Assembly (NCBI RefSeq): GCF_006345805.1
Contig: NC_042999.1
Span: forward strand, 105,462,001-105,526,000
Source of the DNA: Octopus sinensis
Taxonomy: Eukaryota
Reading direction: 5' to 3'
DNA length: 64,000 nt
In this document: one piece after another, positions 51,216-64,000 of the stretch
How the letters are laid out: every line of letters starts with the position of its first letter
Position numbering within the stretch: position 1 is the stretch's first letter
Position numbers and translations under genes: made by a program
The notes under the pieces: generated by a model
The model's input: only the letters and a program-made list of their open reading frames with translations
Told to the model about the DNA's origin: nothing
Database searches by the model: none

Positions 51216-51703
51216 TTCCACCCATAAATAATAAAAAGTACAAACCATTAACTTCTTTCAAATATGAATGGATGGAGTTAAAGCATATATAGGAAAACGC
51301 TCTATCCAATGTATTTTTTTTCTTACTTAGTCAACCATTTGCCTTATGCATGAAGTAATTCCCATTCATGTTCTTTGGATGTTGCCTGTTTACAATGATT
51401 AAGATAGAGGATGCAAAATTGTGTGTATATATCAACACTACTACATTTGCTTGTGTTTCTGTCTGCTGGGTTGGGGTCTCTCTCTAAGTTCGCTTATCCA
51501 CTTCAGTAAAACAAGATTTTTCTCTCAGAGAATTATTAAATATGCTTGCATACGCACACGAACCTCAACTTACACACACGGTCAGAGCGCATATACACAC
51601 ACGCACACACACACACATATACAGAAATATATATCTATATACATACATATGTATATTTGCATATTTAGATATATATATATACATACACATACACACACAC
51701 ACA

Positions 51704-51734
<31 letters not shown>

Positions 51735-53059
51735 CTACATACACACTTACACATAACATGTACATATATGCATATATATATACACACCATACATATTTAT
51801 GCACAACTTGCATACATACACACACACGCATTTATATATGTATGTGTGTATGTACGTTTGAGACTAGCTGTCAACAGACATCGTCACAAAGTCTGCTTCT
51901 AGTAAATGGATTTTACCAATAAACAACAATTAGATGAAATTACTGAACATTCCTGCAACTTTGGAGAATTCACAATTCATTGACAAATATCTTTTGTTCT
52001 TGTTCATGTTGCTATTTTCGGCTGCATTATAAATATTATTCCCGTAGTTACTACTCTATGGTTGTTATTGCTTTTGTTGCTGAGCTTAAATATAATTGTT
52101 GTCATATTTATTTTGTTGCTGACGGTGTTATTGCTTTCACTTCGAATCCCGTCTCTATTTCTCATGATACATTTTCTTTTGTTATTGTATTGTTATAATT
52201 ACTTTTCGTGGATTTTTTATTTCTGTTGCTATTGCTCCTATTAATATTACTTCCAATAATATATCTGTGATTCTTTTCCTCCGTCCTGTTGTGGTGCATC
52301 GTTCTTCTTAATTCGCTTTTGTACATTTTCATTTTTGTTGCCTACTGTCATTAACATAATTACTTATTCCTGAAGAAGAATCAACAGCAGCAGCCTCCAT
52401 AGAACTGGTAGCTGTCGATGATGTTGTTGGTGGTGATGATGTTGTGAACTTTGCATAAGTAGACGAAAGGGAGTGATGTATTGCAGAAGAAAAAATGTAA
52501 TGTATTAGATGATTTAGAATCTCACCGGAACCACATATGGAACAGAATAATCTATGGCCTGGTTGTGAGATATTCAGTGTAGTATTATCGATTTAGTGAA
52601 ATAAAGAAGTTATTCATGTTTATCTATATCCTTTTGCATTCATGTTGACAGTAAGTCCTCTGTGAAGTCGCTTAACTACAATAAATAACAACCAACGATG
52701 GCCGCAACATTTACAGTTCTTTCTTTTAAGAAAGAAGCACTGAAGTGTAACGAAGATAATGTAGTCCATGATAGAACATAGATTATACTAAGTTTTAGTA
52801 TGGCTTAAATCCATAGGATTTAGCTGACACTACGTTTGTAAATTAAATGTATTAGATACTTCAGATGAGCGTTAACATTCCTTATATTCATGTAACATGA
52901 ACGTGGACATTAAAAGAGTGCTTTAATACCTTATGGCTTGAAGTTAATACAGTTTCATCGGTAACTCTTTATCCCACTATCCATTGATTGTTTCGGATTT
53001 ATAGTAACGGTCAGGGTTATTAGGTGCTTAACTAGAGTATTTTTCATCTACCTTATCAT

Positions 53060-53452
53060 ATGTGATGGTATCAATAAATTACCGGACTAGCTCCGTAGCT
53101 CACCCGCAGATGGCAGCACAAAATTGCATGCGCAGTGAGAGCTAGCAGTGACTTTCATGAGGCTCTGCGCCAATTGACACTGCTGCGTTTACTTCAGAAG
53201 TTGTGAAATTTGTGTTTTTACTATCACGTATATGCTGTAGTCTGTAATTTTTGTCATGTACAGGAAACTGGAACAAATAACTAACGTGAAATTTTGCGTT
53301 AAGTCTGTCACAGAGACATTGAGGATACTTCGACAAGTTTACGTCGACAAGGCATATAGGTCGTACGTAATAGTTCAAGTGGTAAGGGCGCTTCAAAACC
53401 GGAAGAATATCTCTGGAAGGCTATGAGCGCCATGGAAGACCTGCCACGAGGG
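53060..53452 (+). mobile_element. Mariner 5' fragment (TIR-like end, 5' UTR, transposase N-terminus)
   Basis: ATG at 53256 gives MYRKLEQITNVKFCVKSVTETLRILRQVY; after a frameshift FKW*GRFKTGRISLEGYERHGRPAT. Confidence 0.75.
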
Positions 53453-54114
53453 AATATACTTCACCTCGCTCTTTAGAATAAATATAACGACCAACTATAA
53501 GGAGCAACTAAACCGATTCTCTTTATTCAAACTGTTACACAAGTGGAACATACTAAAGTTCGCATGATCTTTGCCAGAATTAGTGTATTGGTCATGGAAA
53601 GAAAATACCAAACAATAATTTATTATTAGTCTTCACACTTCATAATGTTCCCAATTAAGCTAGCATAGAATTTATTTGGCTAAACATGCAGCAATAAAAC
53701 GAATAATACACAACATTTATACACATTATAATCTTCAATAATTTACCTGTCTTATTTAAGCTTTTTATTATGAAGATACTTGAAAGTCACCAGACTTGTT
53801 TGGCATTGAATAAGTACATTAGACCGGAAATCTTTTCTTATAGCCTCAGTTATTAGTTTTCAGAGAGTCTATTAATACAAATACCATAGAAGAATCTTGA
53901 TTTCTGTGAGATCAGCAGCATTTGATATTATTTCTTGGCTTTGGCAACTGTTGCCTGCATCTTTAATAAATCTATAAAGAAAGCTGATGTCTACGTTGTG
54001 TAAATATTAATACAAGAATGCGGTTGAAAAGTAAACATTTTAGTCGCATACACTTTTGTGTAAGCTGGTTTAAAGTTTAAAGATAGGTTTTTCGTGATAT
54101 GTATGACACAAAAC

Positions 54115-54689
54115 TATCAGGTCATCCTATAAGTTCTGTCCGATTTTACCTTTTTTAAAAATTGGATGAAATTTAATAGTATTTTAAATGTCTAATAGAA
54201 TTAAAAATTATTTTTATACATTTGTGTACATTGAAGCTAATTAAATATTATTTTACAGAATAATAGAATTAAAATTTCTTTCATTAAAACCCTTTCTAAC
54301 ATGGAAGTATCCAAAGAACGTTTCAGGCGCATAATGCTTTATGAGTACAAAAAAGAAATGCTGCAGCCGAAGAGACTCGAAACACACACACACAAACACA
54401 CACACACACACACACAAAACACACCACACACACACACCACACACACACACACAACACACACACACACACACACACACACAATTTATGGGAAAGAAAGCTT
54501 GAATGAAAAAAACTTGCAGAAGATGGTTTGCAAACTTCAGAAGTGGAGATTTCAGCTTGTAAATAGAAGGAAGGAAGTTATAGATAATCAGGGAAAGTAC
54601 ATTGATGATTCAATTTCAATTAAGTATTACGTTTAATCACTTGTTTTCTGTGTTCAAAATTCGCACAAAACTTATGGGATGACCTGATA
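54115..54689 (+). mobile_element. Internally deleted mariner (MITE-like) with both TIRs and TA target duplication
   Basis: TA-tcaggtcatcctataagtt ... aacttatgggatgacctga-TA. The residual ORF has MEVSKERFRRIMLYEY and KEVIDNQGKYIDD, with a (CA)n tract inside. Confidence 0.88.
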
Positions 54690-56497
54690 TTAAACATATG
54701 TTAAATGTGAGCTGACAAGCTGTAGAGAACTAGACTAAATGCAAAAGTTTTGTCTAAAATATTTGACATAAAATTTGGTGAGGTCTTCTGTACAATGATA
54801 TTTCACCATAAGTAAGGAAAGGAATTAGAACCATACTTTGATATTCGCCACGGTACGTTTAATTGTACACATTCATAAATAAATATATGTACACGATACT
54901 CGTATCACAGTGATAACAATTGTAATACATGCCTACAGGACAATATCCATACATGTGTATATTATATAACTCTGTATAAGAATATTATACACACATACAC
55001 ACATATATATATACATATAGTAATTTTAGTTGTTTTGTTGATGCAGATCCTTTCATACTTGTTCTTATTGATATCCTTTTAATCTGCATTATATTTCCAT
55101 CGTGATACAAATGAACGAAGCTTCTATTATATATATATATATATATATAAAGGTAGTTCAAGGAAGATAACTGGAGCTTAGAACAGTTGTTATTTATATG
55201 ATTGACATGTATTCCGTCAAAATTAAATAGTGACTCATGACACGTAACTCCTGGCACATGATCCACATTGTGCCAACTGCCGATTAAAACCACATAGTTC
55301 TCTCTCTACATAAATCCTCTCTCCCTATGTATACACACACACATATACACACGCGCTCGCATGCATACACACACACACACACACAAAATTGCACGAGTAA
55401 ACATGCACACATGTACACACGCACACATACATATATATCAGAAGGTTAACGAGTAACCGGAAATACATAGCGGGAATGCTAAGACATTTTTGTTCATTGA
55501 ACTTCCAGCCGCCAGCTTTTCTCCAATTGAATTTCCTATTTGCTTAATTGTTGTATTTGTATTCAATGGTTTGTGTTATCTCAGTGCCATCACCTTTCGT
55601 CCTGAACGGCGCCGTGGCATATTGAGATTTGGTGTAAATCAAAGAATTACATGCAAGAGTGATTTATAATTGGTTTCTTCTATCTTTGACTCAAATTCTG
55701 TAAAGGATAGGTCAGTACACACTTAGAAGATATGTATAGATATTTGCATACCCAAAACGCTGACGAATTTTCATTTGCACTCAAAACCAGATATTCCTAT
55801 CGCACTGTGTGAAAATTTGAGTAACTGGCTGTTATCCTATTATTGGGAAGACCGAAATGTGAGAGGGAAAGTTAAATTGGTTGAGACAGATTACGGTAGC
55901 ATAGGGTGATCCTTACTCTGAATTCAATGTGCTTGATTTTTCAAATACAAATGAATAATGATGTAGAATATTGTGTGATATACAGTGTAATTAAGTTCAT
56001 CAAATAACTAAATTCGAAGATCTGTTTAAAGACGTATCACCTGAAAACTGAATTTTTATTAATTATCTGAAATTGATAAAATAAGAATAAATAACTATAC
56101 ATATTGCAGTCATAGCTGAAACAGATGAATTTATCGAAACATTTAGACGGTCGTGTTTTTCTACTAAAACACGTGTAAATACAAAATGTCAAGTACTTAG
56201 AAACGGGCATCATAGGCCGTTCTTCACTGATATATTCTTCAAAACCTCAAGATGAAAACAACATACTTTGCGACACGAAAATGGGTCAAGTATTGTATCT
56301 GAAAATCTTATTGGAATACAAAAGAATCATCTATTGTACTTACATAATTGATATGCACTATACCATAACTTTGAAAAGCATTAAGAAATGCAAGAATAAA
56401 ATACATTGTGTAATCCGTAGTCTATAGTGAAACCTTTCACAATATCAACCAAGAATAAAGGTTTAATTTTTCTCGTGTAAACAGTAACTCTTATGGT

Positions 56498-56534
<37 letters not shown>

Positions 56535-56537
<3 letters not shown>

Positions 56538-56646
56538 TATACAATATGTTACATTACTCGGTAGTCAAGATAAAACTTTTCCACTTCGGCATCTGAAACT
56601 CAGAGTTTTATCTTGACTACCGAGTAATGTAACATATTGTATAGAT
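56535..56646. repeat. Perfect 43-bp inverted repeat with a 26-nt spacer
   Basis: 56535-56577 atctatacaatatgttacattactcggtagtcaagataaaact is the exact reverse complement of 56604-56646. Confidence 0.97.
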
Positions 56647-59152
56647 AATATTGAGGTCTCTTTTTTTGTTTTGTTATCTTACCGTTTTATCAATATATAT
56701 ATACATATATATAGTACCTGTACTATGGTTGCCGAATACTATCAAGAAATTATTAATTCTTATTAATTTTCTAGTTTTGGGGACCCAGATTTTCTTGAAG
56801 TTCTTGCAGTTGCTGCTTTATAATTCTGAATGGAGCGATAAATAATTAAAAAACATCACAGCTTTAAATATCTTATCTTTCATTCAGAAATAAATTTAAC
56901 GGTTTTCGTTCGGGTATAGGAATCACTTAGCTGTTTTCTCATCAATAAGGTGGTTATAACTTTATCTAGCTAATGAATAACTTTTCTATACAGGATTACC
57001 AGAGTTAAGATGCGAGCAGACCATCGCTGAATATGTTATAATCTATGTTCTTATAGTATCACAGTCATAATTGCCTAAAATAGGCTTAGTTAGATCCTCC
57101 ACACATTTATGTTTGACGTTGTAGTGCAAAACGTATTGGTTTTTCAAAACTCAAATTTTAATTCAATATCCGTCAGCATAATGCTTCAGCTTAGCAAACC
57201 CAGTAGTTTCTGCATTTTCTTATGCTGCTATGTAAAGCAAAGACACGTGTTGAAATAATATCGCCTTGAGAAAAGTGCATATACGAAGGAACACTGAGTA
57301 AGTAAATTTTAATGTAGTATGGTAACACCTTATCATCGGTCAGCGGAAAACGTTAGCAATGGATTGAAAAGTACTATCATCGAAGTAGTTGAACATATTT
57401 CGCTACCTTTCTACTTGGGGTGCTACTCTGACAAGAGCATGTTATGACACACCAGTGTCTTGCTATCTCAAAACTCGTAATATATTCTTCTACATTGTCG
57501 TTCATAGAACATTTGGGATATTTTCAGAAATAGCGAGCCCGGTGGTTACAGAACCACTTTTTTGTCTTGTATCGATAAATATATATAAATACAGTATGCT
57601 TATGTATATTCATTTCGGTATTTTGACGCAACAATACTAATATAACATTTAAAAAAAAGTTCTACTCCATATGGGAACATTGACGTTATGGGAATTTGTT
57701 ATATTGGTATTGATTTTATTGTGTCACTTCTTTTACAAATCATTATTGAATGTTTTTCATCATATATTGTTAAGAGTTATTGTTATTTTAAATTATGAAT
57801 TTCCTCACTATTATATTGTAAGCTTAATATACTATATCTTCAGTTGTTTATTGAGTAGACCTAATGCTGAGAAAACAAAGCTACCAAAATTCTTAGATGT
57901 GAAAGTTCGCAAGCAATAAATTCTGTTGATCTTGAGTGAATATAGTTATGATATAATCTTACTTGTAGAAAATAATTTAGATGAGCCAGTATTACGTATA
58001 TGTCAAGTGTATTGTACTAATTCATTTGAACCTGCTTGACTTGGTAGAAAACTTTTGATATTCCTGTAACTCTATGGCTCGATGTATATGCTACCGTTCG
58101 AATATTTGTTACAGAGTAAAGTATTCTCGTGTAATAAATGTTATTTTCAATATTGTACAAATAAAAGTTTGAGCTTATGAACAGGAGAGAATAGCCACAG
58201 ACAAAGAGAGTGTGTATGTAGAGCAATCATTCGGATAAATACTCTAAAAAAAATGAGAAGTTATTTTATAGTAGGCACATATTCATAGATTGTGGGAGAG
58301 ATATACACTCTGTCGACCCCAGTATTTGAACGTATGCAGTTTTATGGAAAGTATTACGATTACTCGCAAATGCGACTGAGAACATAGAATGTAAAGCGAC
58401 TTAACTGCTCTGTGTGTCTTACTTAAACCTTTGTCAAATATAGCCAATGTAACGAAGACACTGTTCGTAAATGAACACAAGAAGCACTTTATTGCATTTT
58501 CTATTATTTTGCACTTCATAAAATGCGTTATGTATACGTCGGATAATATTGATGTGCATATTCATTTATAAATTTTCCTTATAAAAATTAACTTATTTCT
58601 TTTATTACAAAAAAATACTTTCTTTCAAAAAACTGAACATAATAAGAAAAGATAGAAAATTTAGAAATAATTTTAAAAATGATCAATACATATTGCTGTT
58701 ATCACAAGTGAATTTGTAATGAATATAAATAAATAAAAAACAAGATAAAATATAAATTGTACTATTCTAATTCCAATTAAATATTCTCGCAAAATTGGTA
58801 CAAACAAATTTGATAAAACCAATTAGAAAACTGACAAAGTATAATTAAAACTTTCCAAGAATAGGCAGCAATTATATTTCACACATATGTATTCATATTA
58901 TGCCAAATGAACATATACTAATTATCTTCTTTGACTATCTGTGGTACAAACCAGGAATATTAATCATTCAAATTAAAATTTTCTTTCAACAGTCAAGCAG
59001 TAATTTCTTTGTGGTTTCCGTAACATATGCATGTAATTTTCATATATGTAGATGGATATACATATACAAACACAGACACGCAAACATACATGCATACATA
59101 CACACATATGTATATGTATATATACGTACACACACACATATATATATGTATG

Positions 59153-59220
<68 letters not shown>

Positions 59221-62200
59221 CACACTCATAAGTATCTTGTCCCAAAACTATGCGTGCATATATCCACATATATGTATATTTCTATCTATATGTATGCATA
59301 TAAAGAGAGAGGAAAAGAGAGCGCGAGAAGAGAAGAAAGCAGAAAAGCACTCAGGCAGGATGACAAGTAGGTTGACTAGGAACTAGATGATGTCATATGA
59401 AACCAGAAATCATTATACAGATATTGAATTAATTTCTGAAAGTTAGTAGAAATATTTTTTTAAAATCTTATACACTGGTTAACGACCTTATCATATGCAA
59501 CTTATATAACCATGTGTTAGACATGTTTCCGTGTTTACAACAACAACAACATATGTGTAAAGATTTTCTCCTAACTGAAATATTTCACAAACATCAAATG
59601 AATTTATATATTTTCCATTTTGATGCAAAAACATATCAGTCAAGAATGTAAAACATATGGATGGTGGTTGTTTGATGTGCCGTGCATGAATTGGTGGATG
59701 AAAATACGTTTCTTGGCTTGAGAAAAATAGTTCAAACAACACAGAAAACATTTAACTGGAGTATATATTGTCGCTCATAAAGACAATCGGCGCTGACCAT
59801 TGGCAGTTAACATCAGAAATAATTACGGACTGATAGGGAGATACTCTTGTGAGATTACAGATTGTTATCGGTATCGGAAAATGTGATCAGTCAAACACAT
59901 TTGACATTAAGTGCGTTATCGACGTGGCTGAAGTTCCTTGGTTGTTTGTCCTAGGTCGTCTGATGTCTAAAATGTGCGCCAAATAGTTTTAATAGGGAAA
60001 CGGAGCTAAATTCTAAAATGATTAAGAAAACTTTGCTAGGATATTTTTGCCTCACACTTATTGGTCGATTATTAGACCGCTAAAGTGAAACTATGTTGGT
60101 GATGTTTGATCGAATATCCATGAAGTCTATTTCGAAACTTCCAGCTCATTACATAAATATAAACGGAGCAAAGCAATAACGAGAATTCACATAGAAGAAG
60201 CCAACACAAGAAGAAAAGAATGCCGTTCACGAAACTGAAGAAATTGTAGGAATTGTGCAACGATTAGAAACTCTGCACTTTTTTCTTTTTTTTTTCTTGG
60301 GAACTGTAAATGGAAATCGTGTTTTATGTTAAAATATACGTGCGAGTACACCTAATATACCAGTGGACTCTTCTTTTGCTTCTGGTTACCAGTATAAGAT
60401 GCCTGTTGTTGAATAATGTGTTATGTTTATGGGTGAAATTTTCGGGTATGGCAGAAGAGGAAGGGGAATGTTGTGGTAGAGGAAAAGACTCAATGAAAGC
60501 CTACATAAATCGATCAAATTTGACAGTCTTAGGTTTCTCTGGAGAGTTTAAAACCATATATTTTTGTTTAGCTTTTAACACAGGGCACGGCCTAGAACAA
60601 GCCAAGTGCAAAGGATATTTATCTGAATCGTTGTATAAAAATGCATGAGTCTAGATATTGATATCGGATGGATCAAAACTTTTAATCGACTGAGATTCGT
60701 TATTAACGGAAATAACTCCGCCATGTAACTTTTTAGCCAAGCCAAGTCGATCTATTGGGTAGACGAGGTCTGCTCTCTTACAGACGTTATTGTGATTGGT
60801 ATATATGATGGGAGGCGTTAGAGAAAGTGTCGCTACATAAACTCAAGTGAGTTATTCTTCACTAATTCTTTCATTCTTCTCAACTCATTCGTAATGAGAA
60901 AATCTCTTATCCCTAAAATATCTTTTGGAGAAGTTGGTGAAAACGCGTCTGTTTGGACGTAGACATAGATCAAAAAATTTCTGACTTCATACTTTGATAA
61001 AATGTGGAGTGGAATGATAGGTAATCAAAGTTTTGACTTCAGTGCTGAAGGCAGGAGGAAAATCTCTGACTAAAAGATAAAACTGACGTGTAACTGAAGA
61101 AATGTTATTCGCTGCAAAATTGACTTAGGGCCGAGAAAACGAAACAGAAAGGTCTCCAGTATATAGGGGTGAAACGAAGAATAACACAGATTGAATAGCT
61201 GGGCTATCACTATTTTCAGAAGAAAACGACGGGTAGGTGAAGTTGGAAATTTATTGGAAACATGCAAATACAAGGATATGAAAAGAATAAATACTGGTTC
61301 TCATAGGGAACTCGTGAAGGTTCTGGATCAAATTAACTAAGATTCATTCATTCGAGTGAAGAGACTACAAGGGCGAATTTGACTATTATTTCGAGTTAGA
61401 CAAGGGATACGCTTAAGCAAACAGATTACTCATCATCATAGCTTGAAGTAATAAGGGCTAGAGTGATAAGAATTGCATGTGGGGTGGTGTCTTCTGCTTT
61501 TGAATTTTCCTCGTTGCCGTAGTAATTGTGAAGAGTCGGTGTTCATACACTTAATGAGTTGGCTAGTTGTTTCTGAGTCATATATCACCAAATGTTCTTG
61601 AGATGAATGTCGGCTATCCAATTTCATGGTTTTACTGGGCTTCTCTTGACTTGAGATCTATCAGTTGCTCCGTTAGTGAGTATTTCTTGTCCCACATGCA
61701 GAAGCAGTAATAATTATAGACTGGGAGCGGGAGTACAGAAAGTGCTCTCAGTACGGTAACATTAGGTCGACCCAATATATTCGAAGTAAATTGCACTATC
61801 TTCGTGGTGACTGAGGTCCTTGGTCGTCTAACCTAGGCATTCTGCAGTCTAAACTGTGCGCAAAATAGCTTTTAGAGGGTTTCGAATGACAGCTACACAC
61901 GTTCATGTCTAAACATTTAATCGAAAATCATTATTTGAATCGTGTACATCGAGATGTGAAATTAATATTTACATAATCATCCTTTTCATACATAGTTCTC
62001 AATTCCTTGTATACTTGAAATTAGATTAATAAATGAACATACACCCGTTTCACAGGTATACATATCTCATTATGTGATTATTTTCACTTTTAAACTATTA
62101 AATTGATTCACGTTATAGGACGAAGCAACTATCTACAATCTTGTAAATTCATGTTCAGTGACAAATGTTTATGTTAATGGCAATAAAAACACTATGGCAT

Positions 62201-64000
62201 ATATTGCATTACATTCCGTTCTAGATAGAAACAGGCAATTTAAAAAGAAAAACCTATTGCGTCACCTACCATTTAATCCAACATTTCTCCTCGAAATTAA
62301 CTCCTTCCGCTGTGGATTTTTACGAGTTCAGTATTTTCTCACAAGGACATTGAACAATCCTCGTAACGAGCATTCTTCGACATTTCAGCTGCCCTTTATT
62401 TTTTTGCCAAGAAATTATGTGTAAGAGGAGCCGCATAGACAGACACTTTGCAAGGGCTCAGTGTGCAGGGTTTGTTTACCGATGTCCCAGGTCAAATTCT
62501 TCTCTTTTCCTTACACATAGCTCGATATACTATCATTACCTAAATTACCTTGTCAAAAAATCTCGTTATCAGCGATGCTATTCCACAGAAAAATAACGCT
62601 CAGCATCACCTACAGCCAGGCTTTTATTACCAGTTCGATTTCAAATAAATCCTGATTGAATATGACTTTGTTTTGGTTTTATTCATATATGAAAAGACAC
62701 AGCACACATTTTCAGAAATATGATGTATCTTTAGCTTTGACACGACATTTTATAGTTATTACCTATCGCAACACAATATTCCATATTTTACTGGACATAG
62801 ATCTTATTATACGATTTTTGTGAGTTTTACTGTTTTCATTCAATTTATAAATAGATGGCTAATTCTATGTCTCGTTAATTTGATATATTTCCATTTATAC
62901 TGGCAATTAGACTTTATTTATATCACTTTTTTCTGCATGGTTATACTTCAAGTAATTTTAGAACATTTCTTAGTCCAGAGATTTTTTATGTTAGATTTCG
63001 TCGTAATATATTTCAGTTTAAATTACATTAATAACGAATAATAAAATCAAAATAATATATTATCGAAAAAACATTTAGTCGACAAAATACAGGGGAAAGT
63101 AGACAATATTACAGAAGCTGAATATTTTCTAGTTTCTTGAGGCAATAATAGCGAGTGGTGTAAAAATTGATGCACACCAGCAAGTGTCCGAGTCAGTGAG
63201 ACACTCTCAAATCACGATGTAGCTCTTTTCCTTGAAACATAGTAGTTCTATGCTTTGTTAAAATAAACAATGATGAAGTGTCTTTTAGGTGTTTTGATTC
63301 GCAAGAAATAGTTATGAGATATTCTTCATCATTATGTTCAGAGAATATACGGCAAGGGAAATCAATTTATAGACACATTCATTCGTTCGTTCATTCATAC
63401 ATACATACATACATGCATGCATACATACATACATACATACATACATACTTACATACATACATACTGACACATATACGCACGCCCATACACACACTTGACA
63501 ACAAATACGTACTCACTCACTCACCCCCATTTATACATACACGCTCATTTACACCATTCTCACATACAACCACATACGCTTAGACACATTATGTCTTTGG
63601 GGGACATTGTTATCGTTATTATCATCACTATTAGTAGCTGGCCCCGTGCCCTCGGAACTGGCGATTAATTTTAGTATTTCATATATAAGTAAAGCACAAA
63701 ACTAAGGTTTTAGTTTAATAATTCTTTTATAACCAAATTTATAATATACCTTTCAACCGCAGTCATTTTATATACTTCATACACGCAGGCAATGATTGCT
63801 TTCTCTAATGGTTTTTTTTGTATATGCATATGTTTGTGTAGGTGTGTGTGACTGTAATAATTATTTTTAACAAAATAGATAGAATATGGATGGTAAATCA
63901 AATTAATATACTTGTCAAAGTTATCTAGTGGCTCTCTTTTAAGAAGAGACATCCATCATCGTTTGTTACTGAAAGAACGCTGGTTCACACATACAAACTT

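Overview
AT-rich, microsatellite-dense eukaryotic DNA, most likely from an octopus or related cephalopod. That assignment is inferred from the SINE families and repeat style, not from a database search. I could not identify a host protein-coding exon; nearly all short ORFs in the track are microsatellite artefacts. The recognisable content is transposon-derived. It includes a young Penelope-like retroelement (PLE; RT plus GIY-YIG ORF at 37968-40067) framed by ~1.23-kb inverted repeats, five further PLE remnants, RTE-BovB, CR1-type, Tx1-type and R4/Dong-type LINE fragments, four mariner remnants, two non-autonomous Helitron/Helentron-type copies and several tRNA-derived SINEs. The main unannotated signal is RNA-structural. 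Reading by eye finds 12 type-I hammerhead-ribozyme-like motifs from about 7 repeat families, all with a self-complementary stem III, the architecture known for PLE hammerheads that cleave as dimers. Several carry a U3-A8 swap of the C3-G8 core pair, and one pair of homologous elements shows a compensatory change in the palindrome. One family is a non-coding ~361-nt tandem array with one hammerhead per complete monomer and a terminal inversion (16222-17333), a candidate retrozyme or circular-RNA-producing element. Ribozyme activity is predicted from sequence only.
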